DNA from: Gemmatimonadaceae bacterium | Lineage (GTDB): Bacteria; Gemmatimonadota; Gemmatimonadetes; Gemmatimonadales; Gemmatimonadaceae | Direction of reading: 5' to 3' | Length of the DNA stretch: 64,000 nt | Assembly: GCA_045803545.1 (NCBI GenBank) | Contig: JBJMOW010000005.1 | Coordinates: 480,001 to 544,000, forward strand | Shown: piece after piece, positions 1 through 10,021 of the stretch | How positions within the stretch are numbered: position 1 is the stretch's first letter | How the letters are laid out: each line of letters opens with the position of its first letter | Made by a program: the position numbers and the translations under genes | Notes under the pieces: generated by a model | Told to the model about the DNA's origin: nothing | Seen by the model: the letters and a program-made list of their open reading frames with translations, nothing else | The model's database searches: none

Positions 1-993
1 AAGGCGCGATACGATGAGATTTCCTTGTCAGAGGCGCAATCAACCCCGGACCTGAGCGTTCTGGACTTCGCGGTGCCGCCCGCTCACCCCAATTCGAATG
101 ATGCGCCGCGCCTGTTCTTGCTCGCCGTTATCGCAAGTATTGGCGCTGCCGCCGCTCTGGCGATTTTCCACGACCGCATCGACCGCCGCTTCCGCTATCC
201 GGAGCAAGCAACACGTGACCTCAGACTGAGCATCATCGGCACAGTGCCGCGCTTCCGACCGCACCGCAGCGAAAGCGCGCAGCTCGACGCGATGTCGCAG
301 GCGCTAGAATCTTTCCGTACACTGCGGCTTGGCGTTCGCTATCAATTCGCGTTGGATGCTCCTGTCATCCTCACCGTTTCAAGCCCGAACAGCAATGACG
401 GCAAGTCAATGGTTTCCGCGAACCTCGCTATTGCATTCGCCAGCGCCGGGCATCCAACTCTGTTGATAGACGGAGATGTCCGAGCCGGCGGGTTGCACCA
501 AACCTTCGACCTGCCCGTGACGCCGGGACTCGTGGAGTATCTTTCCGGCACCGCCACGATGGACAGCGCGATTCGAGCAGCAGCGTCGGAGAATCTTTTC
601 ATTTTGCCGCGTGGTGCCCGCGCCAACCATGCACCTGAACTCCTGGTTTCCGACCGGATGTCGACTCTGATTCAGGCGGCTTGCCAGAAGTTCGAGGTGA
701 TTATCGTCGACTCACCACCGCTGGTTGCAGGTGTCGACGCGTACGCCTTGAGTGCCGTTACCGGAAACCTGCTGGTCGTACTGCGTCCCGGTGTGTCCGA
801 TCGCAAATTGGCCGCGAACAAGCTGAATCTCGTCGATCGGCTGCCGATTCGAAAAGTCGGCGCCGTTATCAACGGCGTTCCGGCCGGTGGGCTGTATCGC
901 GACTATGGCAGTGACTACCCACAACGCAAGGGAACGCCCACGTACACCATTGGTGGTCTTGCAACACCCGGAGGAAATCATGCACGCGTCTAA
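1..993 (+). CDS. Wzc-like polysaccharide co-polymerase / tyrosine autokinase, C-terminal part (5' end outside window)
   Basis: Frame is open from base 1. TM helix followed by Walker A (SSPNSNDGKS), A' (LIDGD) and B (IIVDSPP) motifs, then a tail with several Tyr residues (LYRDYGSDY..TY). Confidence 0.9.
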   Translation, partial: KARYDEISLSEAQSTPDLSVLDFAVPPAHPNSNDAPRLFLLAVIASIGAAAALAIFHDRIDRRFRYPEQATRDLRLSIIGTVPRFRPHRSESAQLDAMSQALESFRTLRLGVRYQFALDAPVILTVSSPNSNDGKSMVSANLAIAFASAGHPTLLIDGDVRAGGLHQTFDLPVTPGLVEYLSGTATMDSAIRAAASENLFILPRGARANHAPELLVSDRMSTLIQAACQKFEVIIVDSPPLVAGVDAYALSAVTGNLLVVLRPGVSDRKLAANKLNLVDRLPIRKVGAVINGVPAGGLYRDYGSDYPQRKGTPTYTIGGLATPGGNHARV

Positions 994-1789
994 GTGCTCC
1001 GCGACGGCGCAGCACAAGCAAATCGGTATGAAGGCTGCGCGCTTTTTGGTAGTCGCCGCTTTGTTCAGCGCAAGTCTGCCGGCGGCATTACATGCGCAGG
1101 GTGATGGTGGACTGCTCCTGACACGGGCGGATCTGGAGCTGAGCGCTCAAAAGGCTGAGCTCGGCGCGACCAAGGGTGACTATGCCGACCGAATGAAGAA
1201 TGCGAGCGCCGCTGCCGCGATTCGACAGCGCCTGCGCGATGGCGACATACAGGTTGGCGATCGAATTGTAGTGACCATCACTACTGATAAGCCCCGCGCC
1301 GATACAGTCGTCGTTAGATCCGGGCGGGTTCTCGAGATCGGCGGTTTGATGGTCGTGCCGGTCTCCGGCGTTCTTCGCTCAGAACTCCAGGATCGCGTCG
1401 CGGTGGAGGTGCGAAAATACATTAAAGCCGAACGTGTGGAGGTGACTCCGCTCGTCCGTATCGCTGTCCTGGGTGCGGTGATGCGTCCGGGATATTTCGT
1501 ATTCGCCCCTGATCTCACGATCAACGATGCCATCATGGGTGCCGGCGGTCCCACCCCGGGTGCGGACCTCCAGCGCTCGAGCGTCCGCCGCGGCGCAGCG
1601 GAGTATCGGACGAAACAGGAAACGGGCGACGCGTTCGCAAGTGGTCTCACCCTGGATCAATTCGGCATGTCGGCGGGGGATGAGCTGATCGTCGGTGAAC
1701 ATAAACAGTTCAGTCCGACAGCGATGATTGGGGCGACAGGAGCACTAGCCAGTGTGCTGATGCTCTTTGTTACGATGCGTCGGCATTAG
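980..1789 (+). CDS. Polysaccharide export protein with SLBB domain (Wza-like)
   Basis: Signal-peptide-like segment, IQVGDRIVV, VLGAVMRPG and DAIMGAGG motifs, C-terminal helix. ATG 980 has GGAGG upstream; ATG 1028 is an alternative start. Confidence 0.8.
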   Translation: MHASKCSATAQHKQIGMKAARFLVVAALFSASLPAALHAQGDGGLLLTRADLELSAQKAELGATKGDYADRMKNASAAAAIRQRLRDGDIQVGDRIVVTITTDKPRADTVVVRSGRVLEIGGLMVVPVSGVLRSELQDRVAVEVRKYIKAERVEVTPLVRIAVLGAVMRPGYFVFAPDLTINDAIMGAGGPTPGADLQRSSVRRGAAEYRTKQETGDAFASGLTLDQFGMSAGDELIVGEHKQFSPTAMIGATGALASVLMLFVTMRRH

Positions 1790-1806
1790 CGCTCGGGACA
1801 TTTATC

Positions 1807-2538
1807 ATGAAAGAGTTTGTACGACCGATAACCGTGTATTCGGAGGTGCGACCGGTTGCTTCCAACGGCATGCCGCCAGAGGAACAGCGAACCGCTTTGG
1901 AATGGCTCGATCGGTCACTCAACATCACGATCGCCGTTCTGGGCTTGGCGATAACCTTTCCGATCGTGATGATATTCGCGGCTCTCATTAAGCTCACCTC
2001 GCCAGGACCCGTTTTTTATACGCAAGCACGCATCGGACTGAACCGAAGGGCCGGCAGGGGCTCATCGTCTCAATATGATCGCCGGTCTCGCGATCTGGGC
2101 GGCCAGCCGTTCATGATCCTGAAGCTCAGAACGATGCAGCAACATGCTGAGCGCGCAAAAGGAGCCGTATGGGCCGCGCCCGGAGATGCTCGTGTCACCA
2201 GGATAGGTCGCATCATGCGCGCTTATCGCATCGACGAAATCCCGCAACTCGTTAATGTCATCAAGGGGGAGATGAACATCGTCGGGCCGCGCCCTGAACG
2301 GCCAAGTATCTTCTCGCGGCTGTGCGATGACATCGTTGAATACCCGCTACGCCAGGCGGCGAAGCCTGGCATCACAGGGTGGGCGCAGGTGAACCGAAGC
2401 TATGACACCAGCCTCGACGACGTTAGAGATAAAGTGCGCTACGACCTTGAGTACTTGAATCGTCGCGGCATTGGCGCTGATATCATGATCATGGCGCGCA
2501 CGCTTCCGGTAATGCTTTTTCGCCGTGGCGGGTGGTAA
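1807..2538 (+). CDS. Priming sugar transferase (Bac_transf, WcaJ/WbaP catalytic domain)
   Basis: KLRTM, D.RVT.IG, IDEIPQL.NV..GEM.IVGPRPE, KPGITGWAQV and YDLEY motifs. Confidence 0.95.
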   Translation: MKEFVRPITVYSEVRPVASNGMPPEEQRTALEWLDRSLNITIAVLGLAITFPIVMIFAALIKLTSPGPVFYTQARIGLNRRAGRGSSSQYDRRSRDLGGQPFMILKLRTMQQHAERAKGAVWAAPGDARVTRIGRIMRAYRIDEIPQLVNVIKGEMNIVGPRPERPSIFSRLCDDIVEYPLRQAAKPGITGWAQVNRSYDTSLDDVRDKVRYDLEYLNRRGIGADIMIMARTLPVMLFRRGGW

Positions 2539-2564
2539 GCGACTACGCGTTGAAGTAGTAGCCT

Positions 2565-3638
2565 TTAGGAAAGACGTCGCCTAACTGGCGGCCAGGCCTC
2601 CAACCCAATTTCGGAATATGCTTGCGTCGTGGCGTCGGGGGAAACGTCCCCGAAAATGTCACGCAGAAACCATCCGCGGCAGAGAGCCACGGCGGCTAGC
2701 AGTTGAATCACTACATGCAGCGGAGCGGATAAGAGCGCGAAAAGGGGTCCGCGCTGACGAACGTAAAAGAAATGGATCGGAGCACTCGAGACCAGCATTA
2801 TTCCAAATGCTAGCGCGACTGGCAGACCGAGAGTTCTTTCAGAGTACACGGCGCCGCCGAGCGTTAGAATCGCGAATATTGCCAGACTGGGAATCAGCCC
2901 GCGCGTAAGCGTAAAGACCACTTCCCCCGGAATGAGATTACTGGTCTCAGCGTAACCGAGCGATCTTGCCAGCAGCGTTGAGCGCCGCCAGACGTGCGCG
3001 AAAAGCACGCTCAGCGAGAGACGCTGTAACCGTGTCACACTGCTGTGCGATTCCAACGTGGCCCTGTGCCCGGCGGCAAGCAGCCGCTTTCCCAGTTCCA
3101 CGCTCTCGAGACATCCCTTGTTGAAGCGCCACTCGTCATACATTCCGACGCTCATAAAGGCCGTCCTCCGAACCATGCCGCAGCCCGACGCGAAAAGGGC
3201 ACATTGTCCTCCATGGCGCTTTTCGCCAAACGCAGCCAGCAAATTCCAGTATGAAGATAGAAAACCTGTCGTACCAATCTCCTGGTACCTTGCGCTGACG
3301 GCAGTGAGTTGGGATTGCTGGTCCAGCATATCGAGCATCCGACTCAAACAGTCTGTATCGATGACAACATCCTGGTCGATAAACGCCAGGATCTCGCCGC
3401 GAGCGATTTCGCAGCCTCGGTTGCGCGCATATGCGGGGCCGGCGCCACTGCCCGTCAAGCGTACCACGCTATCGGCGTAGCGCGCCGCGACGGCTACGCT
3501 CCGGTCACTGCTGCCATCGTCGACTACGATGAGCTCGTAAGATTCGCTCGGGAGGGTGCTGCTGCGAATCGCCGCTAGCACTTTGTGGAGTGTGCCTTCG
3601 GAATCCTTGCTTGAGACGATAATGGACAGTCGGATCAT
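2565..3638 (-). CDS. Glycosyltransferase family 2
   Basis: LSIIV, IVVDDGSSD, ARNRG..ARGEILAFIDQD motifs; C-terminal TM helices. Confidence 0.9.
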   Translation of the reverse strand: MIRLSIIVSSKDSEGTLHKVLAAIRSSTLPSESYELIVVDDGSSDRSVAVAARYADSVVRLTGSGAGPAYARNRGCEIARGEILAFIDQDVVIDTDCLSRMLDMLDQQSQLTAVSARYQEIGTTGFLSSYWNLLAAFGEKRHGGQCALFASGCGMVRRTAFMSVGMYDEWRFNKGCLESVELGKRLLAAGHRATLESHSSVTRLQRLSLSVLFAHVWRRSTLLARSLGYAETSNLIPGEVVFTLTRGLIPSLAIFAILTLGGAVYSERTLGLPVALAFGIMLVSSAPIHFFYVRQRGPLFALLSAPLHVVIQLLAAVALCRGWFLRDIFGDVSPDATTQAYSEIGLEAWPPVRRRLS

Positions 3639-3646
3639 GCCAGCGG

Positions 3647-4120
3647 TCAGGCAGTATTGACTGACTGGGCGATTCTCTGATGCCCCTGCGCACCCGCAGC
3701 GTCGCGTATCGACGCGCTGAGTAGAGTGACGATGTCCCCGGGAGCACGCGCCATCGCCAGCTCTCGAAGGTCCTCAGGACATGTTCCTGCCGGCGCGAGC
3801 AGAATCTGCACATCACGAATCTTCCGTTGCAGCGAGTGCAAACTCACCGGCTGTCCGGCAAAAGCCACGATCACATCGACGTTCTCTTGGTCTTTCACTC
3901 CGTTGAGGTGCTCGGCGAGCAATTCCTGCGGAATTGTCTGATTCTCGGGTACCACCAGGATGAACGATTTGCGCGGGGTGAGGCGGCGAGAAGCAGGTGC
4001 CGTCGCACCCTTTTCGGCGTTGGTGCTCGTCGAAAGGAATCTGTCGGCGTTACGCGGTGGGCGGAGGAATCCGATGGTGTCGCTTCCCTCAACCTGCTGT
4101 TCGAAACTCGCGTGCGACAT
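3647..4120 (-). CDS. Hypothetical protein resembling a truncated GT2 N-terminal subdomain
   Basis: Co-oriented 9 nt upstream of the GT2. VDVIVA and LRELAMARAPGDIVTLL resemble the GT2 ARN.G...A.GD...F motif, but there is no DxD. ATG at 4120 chosen. Confidence 0.55.
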   Translation of the reverse strand: MSHASFEQQVEGSDTIGFLRPPRNADRFLSTSTNAEKGATAPASRRLTPRKSFILVVPENQTIPQELLAEHLNGVKDQENVDVIVAFAGQPVSLHSLQRKIRDVQILLAPAGTCPEDLRELAMARAPGDIVTLLSASIRDAAGAQGHQRIAQSVNTA

Positions 4121-4326
4121 GGGCGGGTACCTGAGCAAACGTGGTAGGTGTACGGTGATACGCCGGTGCGTATCGTGGCACTCAAAACACTGTCAGGCGT
4201 CCAAGGCAAGACCCATACAGTTGATTCACAGATGTAAGTTGTTTGGCTTGAGTCACTTAACTTGGCGGTGTGTCGACGTGCTGATCAGCCGCCGCTACGT
4301 TACGTGGCGTTGCTGCCACAAAACCG

Positions 4327-5517
4327 TTAGGCCGACGGACTTCGGGCCAGCGCGTCCTTCCGACGCGTAGGCTCCCAGGTCGCGGTCTGGGCGTGGCGAA
4401 GTGCCTCCACCCACGCGAGGAAGCCAGCGAACAGCGCCGCGGTGCCGAAGGCCGCCAGAGCAAATGGCTTCAGTGTGGTAGCGCGCTGGTTCCGAATGCC
4501 CGACCACCCGGCGAGCGCAATCGTCGCGGCCACCGCGACCACATATCGCGCAACGACGCTTTGAAAGCTCATGGCAACCAACGCGGCCGCCGCGATTGGC
4601 AGGAACAGGTAGGGCAACCATCGCAGCAGTTTGTGGCTGAGCAGCATACCGGCAAAACGCCCGTATGCAAACGGATTTAACAGCTCGCGATAATAGAACA
4701 GCGTGCGAATGCCTCGCGCCATTGTCCTCACTTTACGACGCAGCTCCGTTTCCAGGTGCGGCGCACGCGGGACGATGCACGTTGCCTCCGCCACGCTTAC
4801 CGATCGCAGGCCAAGCTTCCGCGCTGCCAATGCCGAAGCAAAATCCCAGCTCAAATCAGAAGGCAGGCTAACCGCATGTACAATTCGTCTGATGCCATAA
4901 AAACAGCCACTCGCTCCAACGATTGTACCCAGGCGCGTCTCCAATCCGCGAAGCCACATTTCGTAATTGACATATCCGGCTTCGGCCTTCGTTTTCTCCT
5001 GGAAGCCAGCGGCGACGCTTACGTCACAGCCTGACGCAACGCCAATGGATGGGTCGACGAACGACGCGATCAGGGGTTTGAATGAGTCTCGCGGTATCAG
5101 GATGCTCGAATCGACGTTGACGATGATGTCGCCCTTTGCAATGTGCGCGGCGGCGTTTTCCATTGCCGTCTTGCCGCGCCGGACCGACATCCGAACAAGC
5201 TCCACACCACGTGGCGCAAAGCTGCGCACGATGTCATCGGTAGCGTCGGTCGATGCATCGGAAAGAACAATGATCTGTAGCCGGTCGCGCGGATAATCCA
5301 CGTCGAGCAGGCGGTCAAGAGTGGCAGCGATGACCGCGGCCGAGTTGTAAACAGGTACCGTCACCGTCACGAATGGCCACTCGGACATACTGTTTGGGTA
5401 AGGGCGGCGAAGAACGAGTCGCGAGACAACCCATAGGCTCGCTGGGTAGACGACGTATGCGTACAACGCGATCACGAACGGCGCAGCGACCAATACACTG
5501 AGGATAGACATATTCAT
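4327..5517 (-). CDS. Membrane GT2 glycosyltransferase (PgaC/IcaA-like subfamily)
   Basis: N-terminal TM, VPVYN, SDASTD.T, GKT, GASGCFY, RRKVR and SHKLLRW motifs, C-terminal TMs. DxD and ED positions are atypical (NVDSS, SWDF). Confidence 0.88.
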   Translation of the reverse strand: MNMSILSVLVAAPFVIALYAYVVYPASLWVVSRLVLRRPYPNSMSEWPFVTVTVPVYNSAAVIAATLDRLLDVDYPRDRLQIIVLSDASTDATDDIVRSFAPRGVELVRMSVRRGKTAMENAAAHIAKGDIIVNVDSSILIPRDSFKPLIASFVDPSIGVASGCDVSVAAGFQEKTKAEAGYVNYEMWLRGLETRLGTIVGASGCFYGIRRIVHAVSLPSDLSWDFASALAARKLGLRSVSVAEATCIVPRAPHLETELRRKVRTMARGIRTLFYYRELLNPFAYGRFAGMLLSHKLLRWLPYLFLPIAAAALVAMSFQSVVARYVVAVAATIALAGWSGIRNQRATTLKPFALAAFGTAALFAGFLAWVEALRHAQTATWEPTRRKDALARSPSA

Positions 5518-5706
5518 GGGTGCTGAGCTAATCCGCGGCGAGGCAGCGGCCTGAGCGTGCGCGTTGGCGAGCTAGGGCGCCATAACTGCGCGCCCTGCTC
5601 GCCGGCTGCCCGAGGCAGGCTACATGCCGCAGTATTTGGACGGTTGTGCCTTCGTTCGCGCACGTCGGCTCGCGATTCGTAGTCACGTAGGCTCCGCTCG
5701 CCACGA

Positions 5707-7866
5707 CTATGTTGCAGCCTTGCGACGCGTCATCGGTGTCAACACAGGCGATGGCATTTCGTCAATCCGCCTCGCCAGTCCTTTTACCAGCGAGGTGTCG
5801 TAGTTGGGCGATCCGAACAACTTTGCCACGTTGATTGCCGGGCGTCGCGGACGAGCAATCTTCTGCGCAACGACAGCAGCCGACGAGAGCGCTAGCAACA
5901 GCCATCGCGGGAGCCAGATTACGGACAGGCCCGGATTGCTGCTCCGTAACATGTCGACGGCGGCGCGTCTCGTCGGAAGAACCGGGTTGAGCAGATTCAA
6001 AGTATCCGGCGCGTCGTCGGGATTATCGAGCATCCACGCGATTGTACGAGCGGCGAAGGCCACGTCGGTGACGGGTAACTTGTGGCGCTGGCCTCCAACG
6101 GCGACAAACAAGTTCCCGAGTCTGCGGCCAAGCCGGCCTGGTGGTTCGAAGTTACTTGAATCAATCAGCGGACCCGGTCTCACCACGCGGAGACGCACGC
6201 GCGACTGCGCGGCAAGGGTCGCCGCAACTCGCTCCGATTCCAGCTTACCCCAGACGTACGGGCCGTATCCTTTTTCATTCCTCTCGAGCGGCGTATCCTC
6301 GGCGATCGCCTGTCGAGCGATAGGCCGTCCGATGACAGCCAGACTACTCACGTGGATCATGTTTCGGACGCCGGCAGCTGCAGCGGCGGTAACGATATGG
6401 CGCGTAGCATCGACCGAGTTTCGCTGATGCTCCTGCCAACCCCCAGCCGTCTCCGCCGCAGTGTGGACCACACAATCGATATTTCGGAAGATCTCGGTCG
6501 GCAGAACGTCGCCTAGATCGGCGCTAACGTAATCGACCTTGTCGATCTTCTCCCAGCTGGCGGGTCGCCGGCGGGAAACCACCCTCACCAATCGGCCTCT
6601 TGTCACGAGCTCGCGCGCGATGGCGCTTCCCAGAAGGCCGGTCCCCCCGGTGACGAGAACTCCCTTTGCGCTTGACGGCCACGTGGGGTTGATGGTCGAT
6701 ACTGTGCGCATTCGCAGCGAGTCGGCGACCTTTTCACAAAGTTCAGTGGTTTTCAGAATATTGATTTCGCTGATCGGCGATTCCGTACCCGTTCGCACGG
6801 CGGCGTAAAAGGCATCGAACAACTCTACCAGGCCAGGATAGCTCCGGTTGCGGTTCACGACGCGATGAAAGAGCGAAGATGTGGTGTCACGCAGCAATTG
6901 GTTGGCGATTCGATACGGCGCCAGCGCTTTATCAATTCCCGATGTGCCGGGGCCGATCAAGCGCTGCACTGTTCCGCGGACGTAATCCGCGCAGATCGAC
7001 CCGTTTGTTCCAACAACGCGCACGTAGCTCTCTACGGGTCGGCCGTGAAGAGTGACGACGAGCGTCCCGGTCACATGCCCGTGGCGAACCAGCGCGTGGA
7101 TTGTTCCATCCCCCGCGTCGCTGAGCGACAGAAGCTCCGGTGACCCCGATGCGCTGAGATCGAGAAAATGCAGCAGCAAATAGACCGGGTGCGGCAGGAT
7201 GTCGAGGAGTTGTAAATCGCTGGCCAGCGGCACGCGACCACCAGGCGCGCGTCGAACTGTCCGAAAAGAAAAATAGCTTTCGATATGGGTTACTCTCCCC
7301 AACGCCGGGAGAAGTTTTTCCGACTCTCTCGTTGGAGATTCGTAGAGCAGTTGATGACCCGTGGCGATAAGCAAACCGCGTGACCGTGAGAGCTCGAGCA
7401 GGGCGTTGGCCTCACGCAGTGTCTCGACAAACGGTTTTTCTACATAGACGTGACACCCGGCTTCGAGCGCGCGCGCAGCGAATTTCGCATGGAGGCCCGG
7501 TGGAGTGCAGACGTGGACCACGTCAAGCTGCTCGGCACTAAGCATTTCATCCACCGTCGAATAACCGGTCGCCGCTGGCACTAATGCGTGCATCGACAGG
7601 CGCGCCGCGTGAGACGGATCAACGTACGCTGATACAACCGCGTCCTCGCTGCACTGGAGAATCGACTGCACGTGATTCGCGGCCATCTTGCCGGCACCAA
7701 TAATTCCGACGCGAAGAGGTGAATTCCCGAAGGAAGAGTCGCGGGTGGGTGTTGGCGCTGCGCTATGCTCGTCGCCGAGAGAAAGAGCGCGCGGGGGAGG
7801 CGCATATGAACCAGTGTCCGGCCGCCCGGTCTTGTTCGTGTCTGGGCTGGAGACGCGTGCTGTCAC
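5707..7866 (-). CDS. Gfo/Idh/MocA oxidoreductase fused to an NAD-dependent epimerase/dehydratase (SDR)
   Basis: GIIGAGKMA and HVYVEKP in the N half; VTGGTGLLG and YVWGK in the C half. GTG 7866 overlaps the upstream stop (GTGA) and has GAGG upstream. Confidence 0.85.
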   Translation of the reverse strand: MTARVSSPDTNKTGRPDTGSYAPPPRALSLGDEHSAAPTPTRDSSFGNSPLRVGIIGAGKMAANHVQSILQCSEDAVVSAYVDPSHAARLSMHALVPAATGYSTVDEMLSAEQLDVVHVCTPPGLHAKFAARALEAGCHVYVEKPFVETLREANALLELSRSRGLLIATGHQLLYESPTRESEKLLPALGRVTHIESYFSFRTVRRAPGGRVPLASDLQLLDILPHPVYLLLHFLDLSASGSPELLSLSDAGDGTIHALVRHGHVTGTLVVTLHGRPVESYVRVVGTNGSICADYVRGTVQRLIGPGTSGIDKALAPYRIANQLLRDTTSSLFHRVVNRNRSYPGLVELFDAFYAAVRTGTESPISEINILKTTELCEKVADSLRMRTVSTINPTWPSSAKGVLVTGGTGLLGSAIARELVTRGRLVRVVSRRRPASWEKIDKVDYVSADLGDVLPTEIFRNIDCVVHTAAETAGGWQEHQRNSVDATRHIVTAAAAAGVRNMIHVSSLAVIGRPIARQAIAEDTPLERNEKGYGPYVWGKLESERVAATLAAQSRVRLRVVRPGPLIDSSNFEPPGRLGRRLGNLFVAVGGQRHKLPVTDVAFAARTIAWMLDNPDDAPDTLNLLNPVLPTRRAAVDMLRSSNPGLSVIWLPRWLLLALSSAAVVAQKIARPRRPAINVAKLFGSPNYDTSLVKGLARRIDEMPSPVLTPMTRRKAAT

Positions 7867-8909
7867 GAATTCCTCAAAGTTGTTGTGTTGTCCGAAAAAC
7901 CAAACTCGCCATTCTCGCGACGGCGTCGCGTGCGATCTGGACTCCATTTCCTGAGTGCTAAATCGCGGGCCCAACGCCACTGCATCCGGCGCCACTCTGC
8001 GGGCGGAAGCAGGTCTGATTCGCGCTGCAATCGAAGCCAGTCCAGCAATTGCCCAACTGTTGGAAACCATCCAGGACGCTGAGATAGCTGCGCGATACGG
8101 TGACGAGCTTGCTCATTGAGCACGCCATTGCGAACGAAGCCCTTTCCTAAATGAGTCGCGACGATACAGACGCCGCCCTCTTCCTCGAGCCGTTGCTGGT
8201 TGGCGGTGCTCAGCAGGTCGTTGAACTCGCTCACTCCCTCGGCATCCGAAGCGGAAAACCACCATGGCGCGAGAGGTCTGCGCGGATCTCGATACGGCAT
8301 CGACGGATTCACGGAGGTCGTGTTTATCTCGTGGAAGGTGAGATTCCGTGCGTAGACAATCGATCGACGGCACAGATCGCCCCACCAGTACGATGATGTC
8401 TCATCGTGACCACTGAAATACGAATCCGGCCGACCGGCGAACCTGCCGATCAACCGCTTGAGGAGCGGGCTATCGATTCGCCCAGCGCCCCAATAAATGT
8501 TCTCGCGGTTGTGTGAATGATTGACGTGAATCCGAGGGTAGTCCCCGAGCGTGGCGCGGAACTGTTCCAGTGCTGCGACAGTTCGCTCGCGACGACTCGA
8601 CTCCATTGTCGCGCCGTGCCACGTGATCTCGAAACCACGGCGATGCAGCTCGATGACGAACTCTCGGTAGTCGGGGTCCTCCATTGTCTGCGAGGTTTTG
8701 AAGTTCTTGCTTCCCTCTTTGCAGCCCAGTAGCCAGATCGTTTTCGTAGTGCGCATCCCGCACTGAAAGAGCAGATCGTAGATCGGCTTGATATTGTCTA
8801 CCGTGGCGACGTCGGTGTCGTCGAGAATGGTGAAGGCAAACCGCTTTCCGTTTGGGAAAAGGCGCGGATGGCGGGCGCTCGCGTTATTGAAAACAGTGTT
8901 ACTGGTCAC
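7863..8909 (-). CDS. Polysaccharide deacetylase-like (NodB-fold) hypothetical protein
   Basis: FAFTILDDTD, GFEITWHG, HVNH and IVATH motifs; translationally coupled to neighbours on both sides. Confidence 0.65.
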   Translation of the reverse strand: MTSNTVFNNASARHPRLFPNGKRFAFTILDDTDVATVDNIKPIYDLLFQCGMRTTKTIWLLGCKEGSKNFKTSQTMEDPDYREFVIELHRRGFEITWHGATMESSRRERTVAALEQFRATLGDYPRIHVNHSHNRENIYWGAGRIDSPLLKRLIGRFAGRPDSYFSGHDETSSYWWGDLCRRSIVYARNLTFHEINTTSVNPSMPYRDPRRPLAPWWFSASDAEGVSEFNDLLSTANQQRLEEEGGVCIVATHLGKGFVRNGVLNEQARHRIAQLSQRPGWFPTVGQLLDWLRLQRESDLLPPAEWRRMQWRWARDLALRKWSPDRTRRRRENGEFGFSDNTTTLRNS

Positions 8910-10021
8910 GCTAGCACCTTCTCGTAAACGGCGGAGACACGCTCAAACCACGCTGCGGGTTGAAAGCCATCCGCAACGCGATCGGCCGCGCGCGCTGCTC
9001 GTTGCTGCGCCTCCATTGGGTGCGTCGCGATTCGATCCAGCGCCTGCGCGATCATCCCTGGCTCATCGGGCTCAACGAGCGACGCCACAGAAGCGTTCAC
9101 CACGTCAGGCACACCACCGACTAGAGTGGCCACAATGGGCACCCCTGCGTGCATTGCCTCCAGCAGTATGATAGGTGTGCCTTCTGTACGTGAGCTCAGA
9201 ATCAGCGCATCGAACGCTGCCAGCACCGAACCTGCGTTCGGTAGAGCGCCGTACCATTTAATGCGGTGGTCCACACCCAGCAAAGCGGCCCGACGTCTCA
9301 GGGCTGCTTCCTCTGATCCGGACCCGACGAACGCGATCTGCCACCGCTGATTGCTCCGTGCGAGCGCGTCCAGTGCTACATCTGGTGCTTTCTCCGGAGA
9401 GAGTCGGCCAACCCAGCCAGCAATCAGGGCGTCCGCAGCGATACCAAGCTTGGCGCGCGCAGCCTCGCGTGACAGCGTGCAGGACGGCGCAAACCCGTTT
9501 TGCACGTAGTGAATTTTCCGCGACGGAACGCCCGCCTGAACGAGCCGCGCAACGAGTGGGCGCGAAACCGCAATCACTCCGTCGGCATGACGAAGCGCTA
9601 TTAGTTGGAAGCGCTCATTCAGGCGATTGCGTGGACTGCCGCCAGTGAACCCATGGACGGTGCTGACAGTGCGCGCGCCGCTGGATCGCGCGACGATTCC
9701 GCCGATTACGTCAGCGCGATAACCGTGCGTGTGAACGATAGCGGGGTTTAGCGTACTGAGAAGTGTGGAAAGAAGCCGACACTCTTTCATATAACTCCGG
9801 CCGCCCACGATCACCGGTGTCACAGGAATGCCGGCGTTTTGCAAACCTTCGACGAATGGATGATCCTGACGCATGTCATCGGGAGTGAGGACGGCGGCGA
9901 CGTGAGTCCTCTCCGGGCCCTGCCCGGCACAAAGCATCGTGACGACCTTTTCTAGGCCGCCTTGGCGCGCAGGTGCCAGGATGTGTACAACAGTTCGGCT
10001 GTGCGCCGCGCCATTATGCAT
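8906..10021 (-). CDS. Glycosyltransferase family 4
   Basis: GGLE, VHTHG, STVHG, VGRLSPEK and SRTEGTPIILLEAM motifs. Confidence 0.93.
   Translation of the reverse strand: MHNGAAHSRTVVHILAPARQGGLEKVVTMLCAGQGPERTHVAAVLTPDDMRQDHPFVEGLQNAGIPVTPVIVGGRSYMKECRLLSTLLSTLNPAIVHTHGYRADVIGGIVARSSGARTVSTVHGFTGGSPRNRLNERFQLIALRHADGVIAVSRPLVARLVQAGVPSRKIHYVQNGFAPSCTLSREAARAKLGIAADALIAGWVGRLSPEKAPDVALDALARSNQRWQIAFVGSGSEEAALRRRAALLGVDHRIKWYGALPNAGSVLAAFDALILSSRTEGTPIILLEAMHAGVPIVATLVGGVPDVVNASVASLVEPDEPGMIAQALDRIATHPMEAQQRAARAADRVADGFQPAAWFERVSAVYEKVLA

Noticed and set aside
7867..8070. N-terminal extensions given by the ORF track (also 887, 10176, 15332, 20199, 21131, 26527, 53968, 55200, 59794)
   Set aside because: They overlap neighbouring genes or regulatory DNA. 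Downstream starts with an RBS or stop/start coupling fit better.
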